From Caedibacter taeniospiralis (lineage in GTDB: Bacteria > Pseudomonadota > Gammaproteobacteria > Francisellales > Francisellaceae): a stretch of 32,000 nt of DNA. Made by a program: the position numbers and the translations under genes. Positions within the stretch are counted from its first letter, which is position 1. Every line of letters starts with the position of its first letter. This document shows positions 1 to 10,229 of the stretch, piece by piece. The stretch spans positions 73,476 through 105,475 of the forward strand of contig NZ_PGGB02000002.1 in NCBI RefSeq assembly GCF_002803295.2, in the 5' to 3' direction. The notes under the pieces are model-generated. The model was given only the letters and a program-made list of their open reading frames with translations. It searched no databases and was not told the DNA's origin.

Positions 1-863
1 GTTGGCGTTGCCGTTTCAAACCAATAGGACTGGTACTGATAATCGCCATCGATAAATAACAAAATGTCAAAGGGGTTGTAGACCTTCTGGCTTTCACTGC
101 CCGCAAAGTTGTAGCCGTTATACCATTTTTTAAGCTGGACTAAATCAACCTCCCCCTCTTTCAAGTAGGATCCAAATGACTGCTCCAACTCTGCCTGGTT
201 ATAGCCGCAAATATCGGCATAACGCTTATCCAGGGTAAGGTCTTTTAAGTTATTCAACTCGCTGAAAATACTGATTTTACTGAATCTTGACACACCTGTA
301 AGCATCGCAAATTTGACATTCACATCCTGAGATTTAATCACGCTATAAAAGTTTCTAAGTCGCTGACGCATTGCCCTGGCAATCTCGGTATTATCGATAT
401 TATCCAAAATCGGCTTGTCATATTCATCGACCAGAATCACTACTTTGTGGTGGATGCTTGCAAGCTGGCGTATAAGATGGGCAAAACGCGTGCTCACCTC
501 TTCGTATACATTGGTAATTCCATACAATTGGTAGTGATCATCAAGGAAGCTGTTGATTTTAGCGTCTAGTGCTTCAGGATCTGCAGCATTACCCTCACCA
601 AAGGTAAAATGGAGCACGGGATACTTTACTTCCCAATCCCAGTTGTTTTCCAGATATAGACCTTTAAACAAATCTTTATTTCCCAGAAATGCCTGTTTTA
701 TCGTATCAATTAACAAAGACTTACCAAAACGTCTAGGACGTGAGAGAAAATAATACTTGCCGCGATTCACTAAATGATAAACATGCGGTGTTTTATCGAC
801 ATAAATATAATCACCCGTGATGATTTCTGCTAAACCAGAAATGCCAATCGGAAGTTTTTTCAT
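1..863 (-). CDS. AAA-ATPase-like / DUF1703-type protein (N-terminal part; C-terminus runs off the left edge)
   Basis: Minus-strand reading frame open from ATG at 863 to the window edge: MKKLPIGISGLAEIITGDYIYVDKTPHVYHLVNRGKYYFLSRPRRFGKSLLIDTIKQAFLGNKDLFKGLYLE... YVDKT, the FLSRPRRFGKS P-loop-like motif and VVILVDEYDKPI are hallmarks of the family. Absent from the supplied ORF track because it is open-ended. Confidence 0.85.
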   Translation of the reverse strand, partial: MKKLPIGISGLAEIITGDYIYVDKTPHVYHLVNRGKYYFLSRPRRFGKSLLIDTIKQAFLGNKDLFKGLYLENNWDWEVKYPVLHFTFGEGNAADPEALDAKINSFLDDHYQLYGITNVYEEVSTRFAHLIRQLASIHHKVVILVDEYDKPILDNIDNTEIARAMRQRLRNFYSVIKSQDVNVKFAMLTGVSRFSKISIFSELNNLKDLTLDKRYADICGYNQAELEQSFGSYLKEGEVDLVQLKKWYNGYNFAGSESQKVYNPFDILLFIDGDYQYQSYWFETATP

Positions 864-995
864 CTGTTTTGCTCAAGCCATTTAACCTGGAGGAAGTGTA
901 ACAGTTTCTAGCTGCCAAAACCATACGAGACACCTTACTTATATAGGACAGACACTTTCCCAATGGTCAAAAAACACAAACTGTATACCCCTCGC

Positions 996-1018
996 AAAAT
1001 GGTTTGTGATGGGTATAA
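996..1018 (+). repeat. 23-bp dispersed repeat arm (aaaatggtttgtgatgggtataa), exact inverted copy of 28327-28349
   Basis: Direct sequence comparison; reverse complement of ttatacccatcacaaaccatttt at 28327-28349. Confidence 0.85.
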
Positions 1019-1134
1019 CTCCAGTTGGATCAGGAAAAGTTTTCCTCAAGGATTAAATAAATCTTCTTCTTTAATAGATCGTATTTTAAGCCATAAAATG
1101 GCATTGCTCAAAAACAACACAACTGGAGATAAAA

Positions 1135-1315
1135 ATGAGTATTAAAAAAACCTTACTTTCAACCTCGCTGGCAATGATATTAGCTAGCGGTGCCTTATGC
1201 CGCCGAACAAGAAATAGGGGGTGCTATTATGTGGACCACTGATGGGGATGTTCCTGTGAGTGATGCAACAAACTCACTGATCATGAACTTCAAGAGTGGT
1301 TATGCTGGAGTTTAA
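1135..1315 (+). pseudogene. Remnant of a small secreted-protein gene, apparent 1-bp frameshift after the signal peptide
   Basis: MSIKKTLLSTSLAMILASGAL... looks like a signal peptide. Dropping one T near 1195-1196 restores ...LASGAYAAEQEIGGAIMWTTDGDVPVSDATNSLIMNFKSGYAGV*, with an AYA-A cleavage-like site. Preceded by ggagat. Confidence 0.4.
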
Positions 1316-1462
1316 ACCAAAAGTAGTATTGGAATTGCTGGAAAATGAGCTTATATTAGTAACGCTTGTGAATAGGCTCAGTAAGATGGCAAAAAACATT
1401 CAGAGGTGGGAAAAAGCTCTTTTTTAGAGAGTGCAGCTACCTCTGTGGTAGTTCTGCCAAAG

Positions 1463-1691
1463 GGGCTAAAGTGCAATGGCGCTACTTTAAGAAAATGAGT
1501 TTAAATCAATGATACTTAGAGCGCGGAAAGCAACCATCCATGGCACTGGATTGCTTGCATCCGTGCGGCAATGACGGACTTCTGGTTAGCAGGAGTCTGT
1601 CATCCTGAGCCAGGATGGCGTGAGGAGCCAATGCGAAGCTGCCATGGATGGCAAACTATGCTAAGGTAGTGCCATTGGGCTAAAGTGCACA
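1463..1691. repeat. Direct repeat gggctaaagtgca at 1463-1475 and 1679-1691, flanking an inverted-repeat region
   Basis: Exact 13-bp match read from the sequence. Confidence 0.6.
1536..1653. repeat. Palindromic intergenic element with outer inverted repeat ccatccatggca (1536-1547) / tgccatggatgg (1642-1653) and central hairpin catcctg-agc-caggatg (1603-1619)
   Basis: Exact 12-bp inverted repeat plus a nested 7-bp-stem hairpin. Confidence 0.65.
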
Positions 1692-1787
1692 AGGCTAAAA
1701 ATAAAGAAAATGAAAGCTTTTAGTAGAAACCAGATGAGAAACATATCAAAAGTAAAGCAAATTATTTGAGTGGAGTAAGCCCAGCCT

Positions 1788-2753
1788 GTGAATATGACAT
1801 TTTTAAAAATTTTAAGTCAACTGAATCACGTGAGTTACACCGATGGAACCACCATAGGCAATGCGCTTGGAATTACGCGTGCGGCAGTTTGGAAAGCCAT
1901 TCAAAAATTACAAAGTGAATATCATATTGAAATTGAGTCGCATCGCAGTCATGGTTATCGGCTGGTTGATCCTTTGATTATGCTTGATCAACAGTTTATT
2001 TCAGGAGCTATTAATCATAAAGATGTTTTAGTTGAATGCTTTCCAAGCATTAACTCAACCAATACGTATTTACAAAATGCGTCATTAAAGTTCAGTTATC
2101 ATATTTGTATCGCAGAACAACAAACTCGTGGCAAGGGGCGCTTTGATCGCGTGTGGAGTTCACCATTTGCTGAGAATTTATATTATTCGTTGAAGGTGAG
2201 CTTAAACAAGGAACTTAGTGATTTATCAGGCTTAAGCTTAGCCGTTGCCGTCGGGGTTACCAAAGCTTTATCTCAAAGTTTTCCCAAGCTTGATCTTAAA
2301 ATCAAGTGGCCAAATGATATTTATGTTAATGGCAAAAAATTGGCAGGTATTTTGATTGAAGTGAAGGCTGAGTCAAATGCACAGAGTCAGATTGTTATTG
2401 GGATTGGTATTAATGTGAATATGCGTAAAAACGATACAGTAACTCAAGCATGGAGCTCGTTGGCAAATGAGCTAAAAACTTATATTGATCGCAATGCTTT
2501 GGCAATTACGGTAAGTAATGCACTTATCACTACGTTGAAAGCGTTTGAAAAAGAGGGTTTTGCTTATTTTATGGATGACTATCACCATTATGATTATTTA
2601 AAGGGCAAGTCTATTAGTTTGAGTATTTTAAATAAGGAAGTCGTTTCAGGTGTCGGGAATGGTGTAAATGAATTAGGACAGCTTAGGCTTAAGATAGGCG
2701 AGAATGAGCAACGCGTATTTACCTCAGGAGAGGCAACGATTATTAAACGTTAA
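1788..2753 (+). CDS. birA: Biotin--[acetyl-CoA-carboxylase] ligase / biotin operon repressor
   Basis: N-terminal HTH (TIGNALGITRAAVWKAIQKL); ligase motifs STNTYLQ, EQQTRGKGRFDRVWSSPFAENLYYSL, IKWPNDIYVNGKKLAGILIE, GIGINVNM. Confidence 0.95.
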   Translation: MNMTFLKILSQLNHVSYTDGTTIGNALGITRAAVWKAIQKLQSEYHIEIESHRSHGYRLVDPLIMLDQQFISGAINHKDVLVECFPSINSTNTYLQNASLKFSYHICIAEQQTRGKGRFDRVWSSPFAENLYYSLKVSLNKELSDLSGLSLAVAVGVTKALSQSFPKLDLKIKWPNDIYVNGKKLAGILIEVKAESNAQSQIVIGIGINVNMRKNDTVTQAWSSLANELKTYIDRNALAITVSNALITTLKAFEKEGFAYFMDDYHHYDYLKGKSISLSILNKEVVSGVGNGVNELGQLRLKIGENEQRVFTSGEATIIKR

Positions 2754-2756
2754 AAC

Positions 2757-3641
2757 CTAATGTGTTCTGCTAATGATATACTGAGAAAGCGCTTTAAGAC
2801 CCATGGTGTTAAAAGCATGAAGTTTATCTAACTGATCTGCAGCTTGATTAAATAAATCATCAAGAAGCGCTTGTGTAGCATCAATCCCGAGGAGTAAAGG
2901 ATAAGTCGACTTATTAAGCTTAAGGTCACTGTCATTATCTTTGCCTAAAGTCTGTGTATCAGAAGTTGCTTCCAAAAGATCATCTTTAATCTGAAATGCC
3001 AGTCCAATAGATTGGCTAAATTGGATTAAATGGTTTTCAATACAATGATTGTGATAATGGGACGAAGCCACAAATGGCAAAAGAATTGCGGCAGTCAGGA
3101 GTTTGCCTGTTTTAAGGCGATGTATGGTTTCGATTTCATCAATGCTTTGTTTTTTACCTTCGCCCTCAATATCTAGCTGCTGACCTGAGACCATCCCCTG
3201 GCTGCCTGCATGGGTTGAAAGTGTGTGTAGTATTTTTTTAAGCTGTTCCAAGCTTAAGTCTTTAAGTTCACTTAGTGCCTGAAATGCCAGACTTTGTAAG
3301 GCGTCAGCTGCCAGGATGGCGGTAGCTTCATCAAACTGGATGTGACAGGTGGGCTTGCCACGGCGAAGGTGATCGTCATCCATCGCAGGCAAATCATCGT
3401 GGATAAGAGAATACGCATGGATGGCTTCCAAGGCAAAAGCGATATGCTTGATATTGTGTTCACTGCATTGGAAACACTCGCCACTGAGATAGCTTAAAAT
3501 TGCGCGGATGCGTTTTCCGCCTTCTAAAAAACTATATGCCATAGCCTCTTGCAGGCGTAAGCTTCTGATATTTTGTTGATAAAAATAGTCTTTGGCAAAC
3601 ACCTCAAAGTCATTTTTTATGCGTGCGAACTTGCTCAACAT
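2757..3641 (-). CDS. ispA: (2E,6E)-farnesyl diphosphate synthase / geranyltranstransferase
   Basis: First Asp-rich motif YSLIHDDLPAMDDDHLRRGKPTCH, GSQGMVSGQQLD, second motif FQIKDDLLE. Confidence 0.95.
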   Translation of the reverse strand: MLSKFARIKNDFEVFAKDYFYQQNIRSLRLQEAMAYSFLEGGKRIRAILSYLSGECFQCSEHNIKHIAFALEAIHAYSLIHDDLPAMDDDHLRRGKPTCHIQFDEATAILAADALQSLAFQALSELKDLSLEQLKKILHTLSTHAGSQGMVSGQQLDIEGEGKKQSIDEIETIHRLKTGKLLTAAILLPFVASSHYHNHCIENHLIQFSQSIGLAFQIKDDLLEATSDTQTLGKDNDSDLKLNKSTYPLLLGIDATQALLDDLFNQAADQLDKLHAFNTMGLKALSQYIISRTH

Positions 3642-4909
3642 AGAAAAGCCTCAACGATTGAAAATTGCTTGTCAAGTGCTCCTTTGTTTTGATTAAAAAC
3701 TACAATGGCAGCACCACCTTGTTCTTTGGCGATTTGTGGTTCAATAAAGAGTTTTTGCAAGACTACGGCTAGTTCATTGCTATGAGTAACAAAGGTGAGT
3801 GCGTGAGCTGCCTGCAACTTACTGGCAACCTCAGCAAAATTAAACACCGATGTGCCAGAGAGAATGGGTTTGGCAAGGGCTGCGGGCTCCAGCATGTTGT
3901 GTCCTCCTTTATTCACAAGGCTGCCACCGACAAAGGCGACGTCACTTACTGCGTACAATAGCATCATCTCACCCATCGTATCCGCAAGATAAATGTCAAT
4001 GTTATGCGTGGATTCGTTTAGGCTTCTGCGGCTGCAATTTAATTGTCGGTTTTGTATTAGTTCAGCGACTTGATCAAAACGCTCGGGGTGCCTGGGCACA
4101 AGAATTAAAAGTGTGTCAGGTAACTGTTGTAACAGGGTTTGATGCGCTTTTAATATTATTTCGTCTTCACCTTGATGAGTGCTTGCGGCAATCCAGATAT
4201 GCTTTTTGTTAAACGTATTACGCAAAGCTTTGGCGTTACTTGCCAGATCGTGCGCAATCGGAAAATCGTATTTGATATTCCCATCAACGCTGATTTTGTT
4301 TCGAACCATGCCAAGATTAATAAAACGCTTAGCATCATCGGTTGACTGTACACTAATATGAGTGAGTTGACCAAGCATTTTGCGCGTTATAAACCTGATT
4401 CTAGCGTAGCCATCAGCAGATCTTTGAGATAATCGTGCATTTAACAGGATGACTGAAATCTGCTTTGCGGTACAAACTGCCAAGAGATTTGGCCATATTT
4501 CAGTTTCCATAATAATGCACAGTTTAGGCTTCACACATTTGATAAAACGTTTGAGTAAACATGGAATGTCATAAGGAATGTAGCTGTGATGGATATTGCT
4601 AAATGTGGCATATAGCTTTTGTACCTGGGCACTTCCTGTTGGCGTCATGGTGGTAACAATAAAATGGTCTTGGGGGCGGGTGCTGGCGAGCTTTTTGACC
4701 AAAGGTGCAATAGCAATACTCTCCCCCATGGAGACTGAATGGATCCAAATGCTTTGTTTTAATCTAAAAGGGACAAAGCCATAGCGCTCAGAGATGCGTT
4801 GACGATAACCTTTATTTTTACGGCTACGAATGAGTTTTTGGAGTGTGACAAAAGGTAGAATTAAACCAAACAGCAGGCTGTAAATAAAACGCAGGGTGTT
4901 GTAGATCAT
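3635..4909 (-). CDS. waaA: 3-deoxy-D-manno-octulosonic acid transferase
   Basis: [80 protein letters not shown]. Confidence 0.95.
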   Translation of the reverse strand: MIYNTLRFIYSLLFGLILPFVTLQKLIRSRKNKGYRQRISERYGFVPFRLKQSIWIHSVSMGESIAIAPLVKKLASTRPQDHFIVTTMTPTGSAQVQKLYATFSNIHHSYIPYDIPCLLKRFIKCVKPKLCIIMETEIWPNLLAVCTAKQISVILLNARLSQRSADGYARIRFITRKMLGQLTHISVQSTDDAKRFINLGMVRNKISVDGNIKYDFPIAHDLASNAKALRNTFNKKHIWIAASTHQGEDEIILKAHQTLLQQLPDTLLILVPRHPERFDQVAELIQNRQLNCSRRSLNESTHNIDIYLADTMGEMMLLYAVSDVAFVGGSLVNKGGHNMLEPAALAKPILSGTSVFNFAEVASKLQAAHALTFVTHSNELAVVLQKLFIEPQIAKEQGGAAIVVFNQNKGALDKQFSIVEAFLC

Positions 4910-5913
4910 ATTTTGTTCTTTTCTAACCAGTGAAGGTATTCAGTTACTCCTGTTTTGACGTCTCTAAACCCAACATCACAGCCTGTTTCTCTGAGTTTAT
5001 CTAAATTAGCCTCAGTATAACTTTGGTAATGTCCCTTTAGGTGATCTGGGAATTCGATATATTCCAACTCACCTTTGCCGTAGAAATCAAGGATACTATT
5101 GGCGATGCGATTAAACGGTTCAGCTGTCCCTGTGCCGCAGTTGAAAATACCAGAGGTTTCGGGATGATCTAGAAACCATAGATTAACTTTTGCTGCATCC
5201 TCAACATAGATAAAATCACGCAACTGCTCACCCGCCTGGAAGCCATCATAGGCGCCAAAAAGCTTCAGTTTTTTAGCGACCTTAAATTGCTTATAGTGCT
5301 GAAATGCAACACTCGCCATTGAGCCTTTGTGCATTTCGTGTGGTCCATAGACATTGAAATATTTTAAGCCGACGATTTGGCTTTGTGCATGAGGTAAGTA
5401 TTTTCTAACATATTGATCAAATAAAAACTTGGAATAGCCGTAAACATTGACGGGTCTTTCGTATTGGCGTTCTTCAATAAAAGTAGTGTTATTACCATAA
5501 GTAGCAGCGCTTGACGCGTAGATAAAGGGAATTTTGTGACGCATACAAAAGTGCAGAAGCGTTTTACTGTATTGATAGTTATTATCCATTATATATTGCC
5601 CATCCCATTCAGTAGTAGCTGAGCATGCCCCTTGATGGATAATGGCAGTGATATTTTCAATCTTGAGGTAACTAAGACCAGATGTCGGGGCTAGGTAGGC
5701 TAAGTCTGTGTTGATTGCTTGCAGAAATTCATTTTGATCGCAGTAATCAGCGATTTCATAATCGACCAAATTAATAAATTGATGACCATTTTTTAAGTTG
5801 TCAACCACCAGAATATCCTGATGTCCACGAATGTTAAGTTGTTTAACGATGTTAGCACCAATAAAACCTGCACCACCTGTGACAATAATCATCGCATTTC
5901 TCCGTATGTTCAA
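4906..5913 (-). CDS. hldD: ADP-L-glycero-D-manno-heptose 6-epimerase
   Basis: [73 protein letters not shown]-type motifs. Confidence 0.95.
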   Translation of the reverse strand: MNIRRNAMIIVTGGAGFIGANIVKQLNIRGHQDILVVDNLKNGHQFINLVDYEIADYCDQNEFLQAINTDLAYLAPTSGLSYLKIENITAIIHQGACSATTEWDGQYIMDNNYQYSKTLLHFCMRHKIPFIYASSAATYGNNTTFIEERQYERPVNVYGYSKFLFDQYVRKYLPHAQSQIVGLKYFNVYGPHEMHKGSMASVAFQHYKQFKVAKKLKLFGAYDGFQAGEQLRDFIYVEDAAKVNLWFLDHPETSGIFNCGTGTAEPFNRIANSILDFYGKGELEYIEFPDHLKGHYQSYTEANLDKLRETGCDVGFRDVKTGVTEYLHWLEKNKI

Positions 5914-6046
5914 ACAGGGGCAATTCTAACAAAAAAAATGCCAGTTTTCCGCAACTTCCTTGATTAACGCTTTATGGCTAAGTACCTGGCTTGTGGTTAT
6001 TTATGGAGTCGCCTACAATAAAGCAATCAAAAAGTTAAGATCACCA

Positions 6047-6871
6047 ATGGATATGAGTCAAGCACCGTTAGATTTACTAAATCGTCGAAAACTTTTTACT
6101 GAAAATATCTATCCATACCAGGAAAAAATGCCCATAAAAGTCTATGAGCAGCAAAAAACCCAGTTGCAGATTGAGCTTCTGAAAATGCAGCAGTGGGTAA
6201 GATCCACAGGGCAAAAAGTATTGATTATATTTGAAGGACGTGATGCAGCAGGCAAGGGGGGGACAATCAAACGGATGATGGAGCACTTGAATCCTCGTGG
6301 TGCGCGTGTTGTGGCATTAGAGAAACCGACAGAGCTTGAACAGGGGCAGTGGTATTTTCAACGCTATATTCGCCATTTACCGATGGCTGGTGAAATTGTC
6401 ATGTTTGATCGCTCCTGGTATAACCGTGCAGGGGTTGAAAAAGTCATGGGCTTTTGTACCCCTGAGCAATATGAACTATTTTTGCAGCAGGCACCTGAAC
6501 TTGAAAAAATGTTGGTACAAAGTGGGATTAAGCTTTTTAAACTCTGGTTTTCAGTCAGTCAAAAAGAACAAAAAATACGTTTTCAATCTCGCTCAGTTCA
6601 CCCATTAAAGCAATGGAAATTAAGTCCTATTGATAGGGCAAGCCTGGATAAATGGGATGATTACACCGAGGCTAAGGAAAGCATGTTTTTACATACTGAT
6701 ACAGAGCTTGCACCATGGACGGTGATTAAGTCAGATGATAAAAAACGGGCGAGAATTAATGCCATGCGTTTTATTTTATCCAGGCTGGACTATAAAAATA
6801 AGGATCCAAACATCGCGATCAAACCCGATTCACTGATTGTTGGCTTAGCTAGTGAAATTTATCCTGAATAG
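6047..6871 (+). CDS. ppk2: Polyphosphate kinase 2 family protein (the ORF is open from a TTG at 5960; start more likely the ATG near 6047, MDMSQAPLDLL...)
   Basis: GQKVLIIFEGRDAAGKGGTIKRMMEHLNPRGARVVALEKPTELEQGQWYFQRYIRHLPMAGEIVMFDRSWYNRAGVEKVMGF. Confidence 0.92.
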   Translation: MDMSQAPLDLLNRRKLFTENIYPYQEKMPIKVYEQQKTQLQIELLKMQQWVRSTGQKVLIIFEGRDAAGKGGTIKRMMEHLNPRGARVVALEKPTELEQGQWYFQRYIRHLPMAGEIVMFDRSWYNRAGVEKVMGFCTPEQYELFLQQAPELEKMLVQSGIKLFKLWFSVSQKEQKIRFQSRSVHPLKQWKLSPIDRASLDKWDDYTEAKESMFLHTDTELAPWTVIKSDDKKRARINAMRFILSRLDYKNKDPNIAIKPDSLIVGLASEIYPE

Positions 6872-6918
6872 ATTAGTAGAGAGTCCCATTTTCCCCTGCC
6901 TCAGAGATGTCTATCTAA

Positions 6919-8151
6919 TCATTTTTGACAGAGAGTGAGTGTTGAGTTTTGTTTTTGCGCGCAGTATCTGGTCAGCTCACCAATGAGCACAAAAGAACCA
7001 AAGACCATCACAAGGTCATCGTCGTGAACATTATGGGTTACGTAGTCAAAAGCCGCAACGGGCGTGTTAAAAAAAAGGCTGTTGCGGGGAAAAAGATGTT
7101 GCTTTTGTACATCTATAACTGAGGTAAAACGCGAATCAATCGCGCTTAAATCAGGAATAAGCCACTGTGTTACCACGGCTTGTCCATGCTGGATAATGCT
7201 GTGAATATCCTTGTGCTGATTGGCAGTAAAGATTGCAATCACCCGCTCTTTAGGCTCGTCTTGTAATAAGACCTGAATTTGCGTAAAAAAGTTGCTTACG
7301 GCTTGCGGATTATGGGCGACATCAGCAATGATCAAGGGTTTATGTTGTATGACCTGAAATCGACCAGTTACGCTTAATTTTGCTATATCACTGGGGATGC
7401 TGAGCTTTCCCTGGATCTGCTCAATCGCCGTTAATGCACAGATCATGCTGTTAGGGTGAATGTTATGGTTGTCAATGACAGGGTGATTCTTGGTCTCTAC
7501 AATAATAGCCTTGATTTGCTTGAGATAATTCATTGCGTTTGGTGGCAAGACTTTTCCGATGATAACAGGCTTGTCAGCACGTGCAATATGTGCCTTCTCA
7601 AGGGCAATTTGCTCAATGCTATTACCAAGGAGATTGCAATGATCGAGCGCAACTGTGGTGATAATGGCAATCTCGGCATCAAATAAGTTTGCGGGATCTA
7701 ACCGCCCCCCAACACCAACTTCCAGTACTACCCAGGAGGGTTTTTTGTTTTGAATATAAAGCCAGGCGCAAAGAAAACTGACAAAATGATAACGGAGCTT
7801 GAGTTTAAGTTGCAGGCAGGTTTGGTAGATACGCCTAAGACAGGATAACAAATCAGCATCTTTAATATCTTTCTGGTTATAACTGATTCTTTCGTTAAAT
7901 CGGAGAATGTGTGGCGAAATATGACAGATATGGTCAATGTGATTGTATTGCAGGATATGGGATATGAGTGCAACGGTCGAACCCTTGCCATTAGTGCCCG
8001 TCACTGTAATGATTTTTGGCTCATAATCAACGCAAAGCCTATCCAGAAAAAGTCTTAAATCCAGAAGTGCGGCTTGTGGAAAGGCTAAAGCACTAATCTG
8101 ACTGATGATTTTTTCAATGCAGTCACCTGGGCTTACGCTTAACGCAGGCAT
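6919..8151 (-). CDS. folC: Bifunctional folylpolyglutamate synthase / dihydrofolate synthase
   Basis: ITVTGTNGKGSTVALISHIL, SPHILRFNERISYN, WVVLEVGVGGRLDPANLFD, ADVAHNPQAVSNF. Confidence 0.95.
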   Translation of the reverse strand: MPALSVSPGDCIEKIISQISALAFPQAALLDLRLFLDRLCVDYEPKIITVTGTNGKGSTVALISHILQYNHIDHICHISPHILRFNERISYNQKDIKDADLLSCLRRIYQTCLQLKLKLRYHFVSFLCAWLYIQNKKPSWVVLEVGVGGRLDPANLFDAEIAIITTVALDHCNLLGNSIEQIALEKAHIARADKPVIIGKVLPPNAMNYLKQIKAIIVETKNHPVIDNHNIHPNSMICALTAIEQIQGKLSIPSDIAKLSVTGRFQVIQHKPLIIADVAHNPQAVSNFFTQIQVLLQDEPKERVIAIFTANQHKDIHSIIQHGQAVVTQWLIPDLSAIDSRFTSVIDVQKQHLFPRNSLFFNTPVAAFDYVTHNVHDDDLVMVFGSFVLIGELTRYCAQKQNSTLTLCQK

Positions 8152-8160
8152 AATGGGGTT

Positions 8161-9024
8161 TTAACCAACGTGCTTATGCTGCGTTGGCAACAATTTATCG
8201 AGTAAATGACTGATATCATTGGCAAGCTGCTGGCGATGCACAATACGATCGATCATGCCTTTTTCAAGCAGAAACTCACTGCGTTGAAAACCTTCTGGCA
8301 GTTTTTCACGCACGGTTTGCTCGATCACCCTGGGACCTGCAAAGCCGATTAGTGCATTTGGCTCGGCAATATGGATGTCTCCGAGCATTGCCAAAGATGC
8401 AGAGACGCCACCAGTGGTCGGATCAGTCAAGACCACGATGTAAGGGAGTTTGTGTTTGGCTAGTTTGGCAAGCGCTGCACTGGTTTTTGCCATTTGCATC
8501 AGGGAAAAAAGGGACTCCTGCATTCGAGCCCCTCCACTTGCGGTAAAACAGATAAGAGGTTCCTGTTTTTCAATCGCAAGATCCACAGCACGTACAAATT
8601 TCTCGCCAACAACTGCACCCATTGATCCTCCCAAAAAGCTAAAATCAAAGATAGCTGCAACCACAGCTTTGGCATTGATTAAGCCATCAAATACAAGAAG
8701 AGCATCATTTTCTTTGGTTTTCTTTTGCGCGGCACTTAAGCGGTCTTTATAGGATTTGGTGTCTTTAAACTTGAGAATATCTTTTGGTTTTACGTCACTG
8801 AAATATTCAACAGCAGAATCCTTATCGAAAAAATAGCCCGCACGCTGGCGTGCATTTAAGCGCATATGATGATCACAGTTAGAACAAACCATCATGTTTT
8901 CAACTAAATCAGGAAGATACAACACGGCACTGCAAGATGGACACTTGTGCCAGACCCCTTCAGGAAGTTCTTTTTTCTGGGAGTCAGAGCGTAATTGCGG
9001 AATAATTTTGGTGAGCCAGCTCAT
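8161..9024 (-). CDS. accD: Acetyl-CoA carboxylase carboxyltransferase subunit beta
   Basis: Zn finger [23 protein letters not shown]; [19 protein letters not shown]; [24 protein letters not shown]; [10 protein letters not shown]. Confidence 0.97.
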   Translation of the reverse strand: MSWLTKIIPQLRSDSQKKELPEGVWHKCPSCSAVLYLPDLVENMMVCSNCDHHMRLNARQRAGYFFDKDSAVEYFSDVKPKDILKFKDTKSYKDRLSAAQKKTKENDALLVFDGLINAKAVVAAIFDFSFLGGSMGAVVGEKFVRAVDLAIEKQEPLICFTASGGARMQESLFSLMQMAKTSAALAKLAKHKLPYIVVLTDPTTGGVSASLAMLGDIHIAEPNALIGFAGPRVIEQTVREKLPEGFQRSEFLLEKGMIDRIVHRQQLANDISHLLDKLLPTQHKHVG

Positions 9025-9196
9025 CGGTTAAATCGATCACTTTGGTGAATACACATAGCTCGCCATTGTATAACACTCAAAAATCATTTTCACAATCTTT
9101 CTTGCGCGAAAGCACAAATTTAGGCGTTACGTATATGAGTGCTTTTCTGTTACACTGGCGAACCTCATTAAAAGCCATGAGGTATCATCCACAAAA

Positions 9197-10228
9197 ATGA
9201 CGAAAGCAGTAAAAATAGCGAAAGAAATCCATAAAAAAATTGTTTTAACAGGCATCACTCCTTCTGGTACGCCACATATCGGTAATTACATTGGTGCCAT
9301 TAAACCTGCGTTGGAAATGGCAAAAAATCCTGATTTTGATGCTTATTTCTTCATTGCGGATTATCATTCACTCATCAAACTATGGGATGGTCAATTAAGG
9401 CAGCAATATATTTACGAGATCGCAGCGACTTGGCTCGCTGCAGGGTTGGATCCAAAAAAAGTGATGTTTTATCGCCAGTCAGATATTCCTGAGATTATGG
9501 AACTTAATTGGATATTAACCTCGGTCACTGCCAAGGGGCTTTTAAATCGTGCTCATGCTTATAAAGCAGCGGTGGATGCTAATATCGCCGAGGGTGAAAA
9601 GGATGAAGATGCAGGTGTCACGATGGGGCTTTTTAATTATCCGATGCTTATGGCAGCGGATATTATTATGTTGAGTGCGGATCTTGTTCCTGTGGGGAAA
9701 GATCAGATTCAGCACATTGAAATTGCGCGTGATATTGCCAATCGTTTAAACCACATTTATGGATGTAACCTGTTGAAGGCTCCAGAGGCGTTGGTCGATA
9801 AAAGTACGCAAACCATTCTGGGGTTAGATGGGCGCAAGATGTCTAAGAGTTATAACAACACCATCCCATTATTTGCGCCAAGTAAGTTGCTTAAAAAACT
9901 GGTGATGAAAATTGTCACCAATTCACAGCTGCCAGAAGAACCTAAGGAAGTAAAAGACTGTATGGTTTTCGCGCTCTACAAACATTTTGCCGATGAGACT
10001 GAAGTTTCTATCCTTGCTGAACGCTATCAAACTGGGATTGGCTGGGGTGAGGCGAAACAAATTTTATTTGAAAAAATGGATGTTGTGCTAACTCCTATGC
10101 GTGAAAGGTATGAATATCTTTTGGAAAATAAACAGATTATTGATGAGTATTTAGCAGAAGGTGCGGCGAAGGTTCGCATAGAGGCACAACAGCTACTAGT
10201 CAAACTAAAGCAACAAATCGGTCTATAG
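9197..10228 (+). CDS. trpS: Tryptophan--tRNA ligase
   Basis: Class I HIGH-like PSGTPHIGNYIGAI, KMSKS in DGRKMSKSYNNTIPLF, YPMLMAADIIMLSADLVPVGKDQIQHIE. Confidence 0.95.
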   Translation: MTKAVKIAKEIHKKIVLTGITPSGTPHIGNYIGAIKPALEMAKNPDFDAYFFIADYHSLIKLWDGQLRQQYIYEIAATWLAAGLDPKKVMFYRQSDIPEIMELNWILTSVTAKGLLNRAHAYKAAVDANIAEGEKDEDAGVTMGLFNYPMLMAADIIMLSADLVPVGKDQIQHIEIARDIANRLNHIYGCNLLKAPEALVDKSTQTILGLDGRKMSKSYNNTIPLFAPSKLLKKLVMKIVTNSQLPEEPKEVKDCMVFALYKHFADETEVSILAERYQTGIGWGEAKQILFEKMDVVLTPMRERYEYLLENKQIIDEYLAEGAAKVRIEAQQLLVKLKQQIGL

Positions 10229-10229
10229 C

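Noticed and set aside
963-1145. 60-aa ORF MVKKHKLYTPRKMVCDGYNSSW...
   Set aside because: Its sequence includes the 23-bp dispersed repeat, has no family-like features and overlaps the start of the next putative ORF; more likely chance reading through repeat-derived DNA.
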